Notes under the pieces: generated by a model
Seen by the model: the letters and a program-made list of their open reading frames with translations, nothing else
Told to the model about the DNA's origin: nothing
Database searches by the model: none
In this document: positions 56,474 to 64,000 of the stretch, piece after piece
How positions within the stretch are numbered: the first letter of the stretch is position 1
How the letters are laid out: every line of letters begins with the position of its first letter
Translations under genes and position numbers: made by a program
Assembly: GCA_965222115.1 (NCBI GenBank)
Contig: CBDCTJ010000007.1
Location: forward strand, 2,452,691 to 2,516,690
Source: Planctomycetota bacterium
Lineage (GTDB): Bacteria > Planctomycetota > PLA2 > JAEUHO01
Direction: 5' to 3'
DNA: 64,000 bases

Positions 56474-58870
56474 TCACATGTCAATCTCTACGCCCACCAC
56501 GATGTTGCGGCCGGGTTCGTTCTGGCCCGAGCCGTGAACGCGGTAGTACTCGTCGAGGATGTTCTCGACGCCCGCCGTGATGTAGAGGTTGTCCTGTACG
56601 CGATAGCCAGCGCGCAAATTGAGGATATTCCAGCTCGGCGTGCCGCCGGGAGGGATGCGGCGTGTGTCGGCTCTGTCGCGAAGCGACAGGCGGTCTTCCT
56701 TCGCAGAGGCAAACCACTCTAGCTGCGCGAAGAGGTCGCCGTTCTTGTAGGGGTCGTAGCGCAACGCCACCATGCCGCTGAGCGGTTTCATACGGCTGAG
56801 GGGACTGTCTACGAGATCCCCGGAGGCGGCGTCAAACTCCTGCACCTCAGCATCCATGTACGAGACGTGACCGAAGAGCGTGAATGCGGGATGAAAGCGC
56901 CACGCGGCCTCGACATCGATGCCATACGCCCATCCGTCTCCGATGTTGTCCTTGCGGACTTCCGGGACGCCGTCAATGAGTGCACCGGTGGGGGAGCGGA
57001 TGATCGTGTTGTCCAAACCGGTATACCAAAGCGCCGTTCGTAGACGCGCATTGTCCGTCGTTACTCGATGCCCCAACTCAACTGACCACATATCCTCTGC
57101 GTCAAGATCCGGAGCGGGCGTCTCTACCACGCTGCTGCTTTCTAACGACGTCAAGTCGTGCAGGGAAGGTGGGCGAAAGCCCGTGGATGCGCGCGCATAG
57201 AATTCACGGCCACAGCCGAGGTTGTAGTCCACACCCAGCGAGCCGGTCAGCTGCGACCATGACCCATCGACGGAAATGATGTTGCCCGGTGTAAGCGGAT
57301 CGGCTCCGGCCACGGCCGGATTATCTACGCGATCGGCGTTGGCGGAGGCATACGTAAAGCGAAGTCCGCCAATGAACGTCCAGCGACCGTAGGGAATCTT
57401 TTGCTCGACAAACGCGGCAAGTAGGTCGTAACTTGCGTCGTCACCCATCGGACCCTGAACATTGCGAGCGGGGGCGCTGCCCGGCCGGAAGTCGGTACGA
57501 AACGTGTCGGCATCATCGTGGTAATACGACAAGCCATACGTCAGCGGGCCGATGCCGGTACGCTGTGTGACGTAGGTTTCCAATCCAATCTGTTGCAGTG
57601 TAAAACTCGAGAGATCACGTCGTCCGCCCGTACGAAGTCGATCTCGTTCTTCCTCGTGGTGGTGAAAACTCAGGCGAATGTCGGCCTCTTGAATGAACCC
57701 TCGTGTTGATGGTGCTTCGTAGTGAGCCGACGTATACGCCAGGATGCGCCGTTGGTCGTGATCGCGCTTGAGTTCGGATCCGACCGATGTGCCTTTGAAC
57801 GAAATCGCATCGACTGTGCGTTCCGTGCGCGGCGCGTCGGTTTGATTGAGGTACTGAAAGCCTGCCGCGACATGCCATCCGCCGCCAATGAGCCCGTCAA
57901 CTCGAAAGTCGGCGGCGTGTTCATCGGCCCCACCGGTACCCGGCAATCGAGTGTCATCGCCTGCGACGATATCCCCATACACCTTGCGTGTGTAGCCAGC
58001 AAACCAACCGAAGTTGCCACAGTTGCCCTCGCGCTCCATGCGGTCATAGAACGCGCGTTCCGCGGACGCGTATCGCATGATATTTCGCGTGTTCGTGTGG
58101 CGACCGGGTTCGAAACTACGGCGCTGTTTGGGCGTGACGCGAATCGTGCCGCCCCAGGCGTCACTTCCGTAACGCACGGAATGGGGTCCGCGGTCGATGT
58201 CGATGCGCTCAATGCTGTAGGGATCGATGGTGCTCCAGTACTGCACGGGGCCGGCTCGAAATGCGCTGTTGTTTAGACGCAGGCCGTCTATCAACATCAC
58301 GTTCTTGTAGCCTGTGAAGCCACGAACGAAAGGCGAGGCCTGGAGGGGTGCTGTTTTTTGAATCAACACGCCTGGTACGCGGGAAAGAGCGTCGGGGACC
58401 GAGCGCACCATGACCTCGCGCGTGAGCACTTGTTCCGACATCGCGTCAACAAGTGCCGGTGATGGAGTACTCGTGGCAGGAGCCGGTTGGGGCGCGGGTG
58501 TAGTGGGCGCTGCGAGAGGCGTGGGCTGTGCAGGTGCCGGAGACGCTTGGGGTTCCACATAGGGCCCTGGTGGCAAGGCGTAGGGTGTGGTCGGCGACGG
58601 CCCGATGGTGGTGGGCGGTATGCGCGGCGCCTCGATTTCGATGGGATCCAACTCTTGAGGGGCGAAATCTTGAGAAGCCAAATCTTGAGAATGCTGTGTC
58701 GGCGCAGATTCCGACGTCGTCTCGTCGCCATATCCGGTCGACCCAAAGGAACCAAGCACCAGAATCGCGAAGCATGCGCACCGGAGGCGAAATCCACATC
58801 TCGGGTACGATTGCTCGCCGTAGTCTCGCAGCACCTGCTGTCCCTCCCGGACGGTTGCTTGTGTACGCAA
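56474..58870 (-). CDS. TonB-dependent outer-membrane receptor with Pro-rich N-terminal extension
   Basis: Plug domain VRGFTGYKNVMLIDGLRLNN...IERIDIDRGPHSVRYGSDAWGGTIRV; ~600-aa beta-barrel region rich in Y/G/D; Pro/Ala/Thr-rich N-terminal linker; N-terminal start uncertain. Confidence 0.8.
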   Translation of the reverse strand: MRTQATVREGQQVLRDYGEQSYPRCGFRLRCACFAILVLGSFGSTGYGDETTSESAPTQHSQDLASQDFAPQELDPIEIEAPRIPPTTIGPSPTTPYALPPGPYVEPQASPAPAQPTPLAAPTTPAPQPAPATSTPSPALVDAMSEQVLTREVMVRSVPDALSRVPGVLIQKTAPLQASPFVRGFTGYKNVMLIDGLRLNNSAFRAGPVQYWSTIDPYSIERIDIDRGPHSVRYGSDAWGGTIRVTPKQRRSFEPGRHTNTRNIMRYASAERAFYDRMEREGNCGNFGWFAGYTRKVYGDIVAGDDTRLPGTGGADEHAADFRVDGLIGGGWHVAAGFQYLNQTDAPRTERTVDAISFKGTSVGSELKRDHDQRRILAYTSAHYEAPSTRGFIQEADIRLSFHHHEEERDRLRTGGRRDLSSFTLQQIGLETYVTQRTGIGPLTYGLSYYHDDADTFRTDFRPGSAPARNVQGPMGDDASYDLLAAFVEQKIPYGRWTFIGGLRFTYASANADRVDNPAVAGADPLTPGNIISVDGSWSQLTGSLGVDYNLGCGREFYARASTGFRPPSLHDLTSLESSSVVETPAPDLDAEDMWSVELGHRVTTDNARLRTALWYTGLDNTIIRSPTGALIDGVPEVRKDNIGDGWAYGIDVEAAWRFHPAFTLFGHVSYMDAEVQEFDAASGDLVDSPLSRMKPLSGMVALRYDPYKNGDLFAQLEWFASAKEDRLSLRDRADTRRIPPGGTPSWNILNLRAGYRVQDNLYITAGVENILDEYYRVHGSGQNEPGRNIVVGVEIDM

Positions 58871-59358
58871 TTATTGCGCATACGCGCAACGTAACGAAGA
58901 TCCTAATTGGGGGTTCGCAACGTGACTCACCCCGACACGATTCTTGAGCCCATCCGTGTCCACCGCGATGGCGTGGATACAGGCGCATTGGCAGCCGGCA
59001 CACCCGGCATGCCGAGGCGCTTTCATTGGCGAAATCAAACGTACGACGTTGTTGAAGTGGGTCAGGCGGGCAAGACCACGGGTCCCTGTCGGAATGGAAG
59101 CGCTGAGCGTTACGTGCGACGACATTGGGCAGTTGTTCGTGTGAACTCGGGTGACGTCATGCGATTGACTGCCGAGCGCGGTGGGCGTCGCGGGTCGTCT
59201 CGCTGGTGGATTACGCATCGGTGGCCTGCGGGTACCAACGAATCCCTGCGTGGCCTCGAGGCTACGAGGTAGTAGCCGCCTGTTAATTGCTGGTTTCGTT
59301 CGGTCGATAGGGGGCGCGAACCTCTGCGGAAGAACCGCGATTTCGTGCGGAGTCCCCC

Positions 59359-60279
59359 ATGTCGATTGTGTTTCGTGTAACTACGGGTCTCGCGGCGGTC
59401 CTGTTTTTCGGAACGTCGGTGTATGCCAAGTCATTTGACGTCGACGACGCGGGCGTCAAATTCAATCTACCTCTTGGATACTCATTCGCACAGTGCACAA
59501 CGGGTGGCGGTACCTGAGGACGCTCCTCCACCCGTTCGTTGAACGGATTGAAGGTAGAGGGCCAGCCTTCCGTATACATCTACACCGGACCGAATGATTC
59601 GGGGTTTGTCTTGATCAAGGCCGATCTTGACTCGGGTGACGATGGTCCGAGTCGCGACCAGTTTCGAACCAAGCTGGAACAGGGTGCGAAGAAGGCAGAA
59701 GATAGCGGTCAACTTGCGGATGTGCGGGTCGTATCTCGCACGATCAAGGGTGCCGGTGGCCCCGCATTTGAAGTTGTTGGGACCGGCGAGCAACTCGGCG
59801 AAACGATGACACTTCGGACGTTGGCCGTGCTCTCAAACGACCGGGCCTACGTGTTCATTGCGACGGGCGACTCCGACACGAGCCTGGTTGCTGAACACGA
59901 ATGGAGTTCGTTTCTCGCGAGTCTTGAAGTGAACACCGACAGCGGCATCCTTCCCCCGTGGGCACTCTACGGATTGGGCGGACTCGCCCTGCTTGGATTG
60001 TTGCTCTTGCTGCAAGGCAAAGGCTCGCCCTCGACGCGTCCCTACGTCGCTTCTCGGGCTTCATCGGCGGTTTCCAATGGGGGCGCCCGATCGCGCGCGA
60101 CGGATGGATTGCCGAGGTACGACGGAGGCCCCTTGCAACGTCCCCATCTAGATTCACATCCGAGTGCGTTGCCTACACAGCGTCCGCTTGGGGTTGCGCG
60201 CACGTTACCGCCCCTCAAGCCATCGCGTCCGACGCCCCCTGGACTCTCGCGCACCATTCCCAGCCAAGACGGTCCATAG
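59359..60279 (+). pseudogene. single-pass membrane protein gene interrupted by an in-frame TGA (possible pseudogene or recoding)
   Basis: ATG 59359 encodes MSIVFRVTTGLAAVLFFGTSVYAKSF...AQCTTGGGT then TGA at 59515..59517; the same frame continues as the 59539..60279 ORF (LNGLKVEGQPSVYIY..., C-terminal TM ALYGLGGLALLGLLLLL). Confidence 0.35.
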
Positions 60280-60353
60280 TTCCCAACGAAGCAACACCAT
60301 CGAGGATCCCCAAGACCGCGGTACCATGTCGTTATCGAACTGGAGGTGTCCTC

Positions 60354-60830
60354 ATGGCCCGTCATCCGTGGATCTTGTTACTCGTCGCCTGTTTCTTCGT
60401 GCCTCAACTTGCGGGTTGCGGTAGTGACGAGGCGAGTGCCTACACCGAAGCCGAGCAACAGGCGATTCGTGAGGCCGATGCGAAGCGCGATATCGGATTG
60501 CCCGTGTGGTGCAAGGTTCGTAAGAAGGGTTGGGTCGATGGCGAGCCTGCCCAGTGCCCAGCGTGTGTTCAACAGGCGCTCAAGGAACTCTCCGACAAGA
60601 AAGACGCCGCGAAGATTGCCTCCAAGGCTGCGGAAGAAGCGCGTGGCCCGAAGTGCAGTTGCGAGAGTTGCGAATCGGGTAAGACGAATCCGGAAACGCA
60701 TGCGAAACAAGAGTTCTACGATGGGTTCAGGATCCCCACGACTGAGGATGCCAAGACCGACACGCAAGCGGAACCCAAGAACAAGGCCGAATCCAAGAAC
60801 AAGGACGATGCGTCCTCGGTTGACGAGTAG
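60354..60830 (+). CDS. lipoprotein with Cys-pair (zinc-ribbon-like) motifs and Lys/acidic tail
   Basis: Signal peptide and lipobox (ILLLVACFFVPQLAGCGS); CKVRKKG...CPAC and CSCESCESG Cys clusters. Confidence 0.45.
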   Translation: MARHPWILLLVACFFVPQLAGCGSDEASAYTEAEQQAIREADAKRDIGLPVWCKVRKKGWVDGEPAQCPACVQQALKELSDKKDAAKIASKAAEEARGPKCSCESCESGKTNPETHAKQEFYDGFRIPTTEDAKTDTQAEPKNKAESKNKDDASSVDE

Positions 60831-60859
60831 GGCGTGACGAGACTGCACGCATTTCATCG

Positions 60860-61807
60860 ATGAGCGGCGGCCCGCCCGAACCTTCGTGGTTTCGCACCCA
60901 GTTCGCCGATGTCATAAAAGCGGCGGAAGCAGCCGGGTGGACGATTCAAGAGAATCGATCAATCGCCTACGGTCGCCTTACGCGCTGGATTGACCCCGGT
61001 GGAGGCAAGGCCACCCTCGCGTGCTACTTCGGCAAGAAGGGGTTTCGCGCGGTTCCGGGCGGCGCCCAGGGGAACACGCTCGCTGCCGTTCTTGAACTCG
61101 ACGGAGCTAAGCCCAAGAGTGCGTCAACCAAGCGCAGGGTTGAATCTGAGACCGATCCCTTCGACGCGGGCTTCCCGCGTATCGGTGCCGATGAATCGGG
61201 CAAAGGCGACTACTTCGGTCCGTTGGTTGTGGCGTCCTTCTATTTGGAAGCACACGTTGTTCCCGAACTTGCCAAACTTGGGGTGACCGACAGCAAGGCG
61301 CTCTCGGATCGACGAATACAAAGCATCGCAGGCGTGCTGGAACGCATAGGGGCTTGTGAAGTTCGCGTGCTGCAACCGGTGGAGTACAACCCGGCCTATG
61401 ACGACATTCGAAACATCAATACGCTGCTGAGTCAGGAGCACGGCGCGTGCATCTCTGCGCTTGCAAAGCAAGCAAACGTGCGTCCTGCGTCGATCGTGGT
61501 GGACCGCTACAGTGTGAAAACGAAGCCCCTGGAGTCCGCGATCCAACTTCCCGGCGCGACGTCATGGCCTCGCCTCATCACAGAACCTAAGGGCGAGCGG
61601 GATCCAGCCGTTGCGGCGGCGAGCATCTTGGCCCGCGCAGCATTCTTAGATGGCCTGAGCGACCTCAACAACGAGTACGGCGTCACGTTTCCTCCCGGCG
61701 CCGGCGCTCCCGTCCTCAAAGCGGGGAAGGCTTTCGTGCGCGACTTCGGACGCGAGCGATTGCATGGTGTGGCGAAAGTTCATTTCAAAACGACGCAGCA
61801 ATTGTAG
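60860..61807 (+). CDS. rnhC: ribonuclease HIII
   Basis: ~110-aa N-terminal domain then RNase H-fold core beginning IGADESGKGDYFGPLVVA; length 315 aa fits RNase HIII rather than HII. Confidence 0.7.
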   Translation: MSGGPPEPSWFRTQFADVIKAAEAAGWTIQENRSIAYGRLTRWIDPGGGKATLACYFGKKGFRAVPGGAQGNTLAAVLELDGAKPKSASTKRRVESETDPFDAGFPRIGADESGKGDYFGPLVVASFYLEAHVVPELAKLGVTDSKALSDRRIQSIAGVLERIGACEVRVLQPVEYNPAYDDIRNINTLLSQEHGACISALAKQANVRPASIVVDRYSVKTKPLESAIQLPGATSWPRLITEPKGERDPAVAAASILARAAFLDGLSDLNNEYGVTFPPGAGAPVLKAGKAFVRDFGRERLHGVAKVHFKTTQQL

Positions 61808-61821
61808 GTATCCGTTCAACG

Positions 61822-62451
61822 CTACGTATTCGTTGCGCGTTCAATCAACTTTGCGAGGCGGTGCTCCTTGGTGTGGGCGTAGAGATCGAACGCGATCTTG
61901 ATCAGTACGAGTATGACCAAAACGCCTGACGCGCCGCCGACGGTCATCACAAAGAATCCACCGAAAATGAGCGCGACGTGCATGGCAACTACGCGCAGGT
62001 AGGCCCTCGTCATCACATCGAACGTGGACAGGTTTTGAGCTTCCTTGCCTCGTAAGAAATTGAGCACGAACGATATGCCATGACTGGCAAACATGGCGCC
62101 GAGTACGAAGGACCAATGCGGTTTGAGGGCGCCCAATTGCTTTGGTATGACATCCCATGGCGCGAAGGTCATGCCCTCCTCTGAGGTAAACTGCCCCAGA
62201 AAGGCGGCGTGGACGAACATGAACAGGCCAAAGTGCACGCAGAAGAATGGTATGAGCGCGATGGACGACCAGCCCGCGACGAATGGCAGTTTGAGTATGG
62301 CGTAAAACCCAATGATGACGGTTTCTGCCCAGTACAGATGCAGCACCATTCCGATGTCCCACCCTTGAAACAGCACGCCGTAGATCGGTATGAGATTGAC
62401 TAGAATGAGCGAGAGAATGGCGAACGGGTGAGAGCCACGCGCATTGGGCAT
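61822..62451 (-). CDS. integral membrane protein, unknown function
   Basis: Start placed at MPNARGSHPFAILSLILVNLIPIYG; about six hydrophobic helices; no recognisable family. Confidence 0.4.
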   Translation of the reverse strand: MPNARGSHPFAILSLILVNLIPIYGVLFQGWDIGMVLHLYWAETVIIGFYAILKLPFVAGWSSIALIPFFCVHFGLFMFVHAAFLGQFTSEEGMTFAPWDVIPKQLGALKPHWSFVLGAMFASHGISFVLNFLRGKEAQNLSTFDVMTRAYLRVVAMHVALIFGGFFVMTVGGASGVLVILVLIKIAFDLYAHTKEHRLAKLIERATNT

Positions 62452-62470
62452 GAGGAGTTCCAGAAATTCG

Positions 62471-63970
62471 CTAAGCGGCGTACTCGCTATACAGGCGGCA
62501 GTATACACCTTGTTTCGCCAACAATTCGCTGTGTGTGCCGCGTTCCACAATGCGACCGGATTCCATGACCAGAATCTGATCCGCCTCTTTGATGGTAGAG
62601 AGCCGGTGGGCAATGACCACGGTCGTTTGCTGCGCCGCGAGCTTCTTCATGGCTTCGAGTATGGTGGCCTCCGTTCGCGTATCGACCGCACTGGTAGCTT
62701 CGTCAAAGATGAGCAGCGAGGGTCGCGCAAGCAGTGCGCGCACGAAACACACGATCTGTCGCTCACCCTCGGAGAGATTCGCGCCGCGTTCTCCAACATC
62801 GGTCGCCAGTCCCTTCACAAAGCGGTCGAGCACATGGCGGCATCCGAGTTGTTCGAATCCTTCAAGCGCCTCAGCCTCTGATAGGTCCGGCGCGACGAAG
62901 CGCAGGTTTTCGAGCACCGTGCCCGCGAACAGGAAGTTGGACTGCAACACGATACCGGTTTGGCGATGCAACGCTTCCAAGGTGATGTCCTGAATGTCGC
63001 TGCCGTCGAGCAAGACCTGCCCTTTGGATGTTTCGTAAAAGCGTGCCAACAGGTTGATCACGGACGTCTTGCCCGCGCCGGTATGGCCCACCAACGCAAC
63101 GGTCTTGCCGGGCTCCACGACGAAGTTGACGTCTTCCAACTGCCAGCCGTCCTTTCCTTCCGGGTCGTAGCTGAAGAAGACGTCGCGGAATTCAATATGC
63201 CCGCGCAGGCGTCCGGGATCAGTAGCCGTGTCGCGATCGGCGACTTCCGGGTCGGTATCCAACAGTAAGAAAATGCGCTCCGCGGCCGCACCGGCCACCA
63301 GACACTCGTTGTAGAGACCGCCCAGTCCCTCAATGGGGCCAAGCACAAAGCCCAACAAGAGTATGAACTCAAGGAGTCCGCCAATGCTGAGGGCCCCGGA
63401 AGCAACTTCTCCGCTGCCGACCCAAAGAACAATGACCAGCACCATGTGATAGGCGATGCCGAGACTCGGCCAGTACATGCCCGACACGCGCGCGCCACGC
63501 ATGACTTCCTTGCGATAGCTCTGTTGGAGTCCCCCGAGTTTCTCTCGCTCGCGATCCTCTGCGCGGAATGCCTGGATCACGCGTACCCCGGTAATGGACT
63601 CCGCCACATGGGCGGTGATCGCCGACTGCGCCTCGCGGATGCGACGGTACGCCGGAAACGCGAGATGATGAAATACACGCGTGATCACGAAGACAAGTGG
63701 CAGCGCGGCCACCAACCAAAGCGCAAGGCCAGCATTGAGCGAGATCAATCGGGCGATTGCCACCGTCAAACTCACAATCGCCATGGACACGATGATTGGA
63801 CCCCAGAACAAAAGTTGTTCTAGGGAATCCACATCGCGGTCGGCGCGCGCAATGATGCGCCCTTGTTTGGTGCGATCGAAGTAACGCATGCTAAGGCGTT
63901 GCACATGATCGAATACATCGCGTCGGACGTCGTGGAGCACGTTTACGCCGAGGGCGGTGGACGCGCGCAA
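62471..63970 (-). CDS. ABC exporter, fused permease-ATPase (MsbA/multidrug type), N-terminus beyond window end
   Basis: C-terminal NBD with Walker A LVGHTGAGKTSVINLL, signature LSEGERQ, Walker B LLIFDEATSAVD; TMD upstream; ORF runs off the 3' end of the window. Confidence 0.85.
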   Translation of the reverse strand: MRASTALGVNVLHDVRRDVFDHVQRLSMRYFDRTKQGRIIARADRDVDSLEQLLFWGPIIVSMAIVSLTVAIARLISLNAGLALWLVAALPLVFVITRVFHHLAFPAYRRIREAQSAITAHVAESITGVRVIQAFRAEDREREKLGGLQQSYRKEVMRGARVSGMYWPSLGIAYHMVLVIVLWVGSGEVASGALSIGGLLEFILLLGFVLGPIEGLGGLYNECLVAGAAAERIFLLLDTDPEVADRDTATDPGRLRGHIEFRDVFFSYDPEGKDGWQLEDVNFVVEPGKTVALVGHTGAGKTSVINLLARFYETSKGQVLLDGSDIQDITLEALHRQTGIVLQSNFLFAGTVLENLRFVAPDLSEAEALEGFEQLGCRHVLDRFVKGLATDVGERGANLSEGERQIVCFVRALLARPSLLIFDEATSAVDTRTEATILEAMKKLAAQQTTVVIAHRLSTIKEADQILVMESGRIVERGTHSELLAKQGVYCRLYSEYAA

Positions 63971-64000
63971 CTCAATGCGTGTATTGAATGAGCGGAAGCC

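Noticed and set aside
58873-58890. Palindrome TTGCGCATACGCGCAA at the 5' end of the TonB-dependent receptor gene as a Fur-type box
   Set aside because: GC-rich and unlike the AT-rich Fur consensus; the receptor start codon is itself uncertain, so the site may lie inside coding sequence.

Overview
High-GC (~60-65%) chromosomal segment from a diderm (Gram-negative) bacterium; the lineage cannot be assigned from sequence alone, though the abundance of lipoproteins, HEAT/Kelch repeat proteins and a sphingolipid-type gene cluster is reminiscent of Myxococcota-like genomes (inference). All calls are from reading the six-frame translations and the nucleotide sequence by eye; no database search was run. 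Housekeeping content: nadB-hflX, yajC-secDF, mnmA, HU, mdh, an arginine biosynthesis operon (argC-argD, then an OTC-family gene-argB-M20 deacetylase-argH), a 2-oxoacid dehydrogenase operon with lpdA, LPS-type glycosyltransferases, clpS, a TonB-dependent receptor, RNase HIII and a partial ABC exporter. No rRNA, tRNA, CRISPR array, transposase or phage gene was found. Most notable: (1) an ECF sigma factor fused to a transmembrane helix and a large extracytoplasmic repeat domain, divergent from a sigma-less paralog; (2) a low-GC lipoprotein gene bracketed by ~300-bp imperfect inverted repeats; (3) a 31-bp palindromic repeat family at two convergent gene ends; (4) a serine palmitoyltransferase-like gene with an acyltransferase and an SDR/epimerase, suggesting bacterial ceramide synthesis; (5) an RsbW/RsbV-type partner-switching pair directly upstream of MlaE plus an MCE protein with no ABC ATPase; (6) two intact E1-alpha paralogs in one 2-oxoacid dehydrogenase operon.
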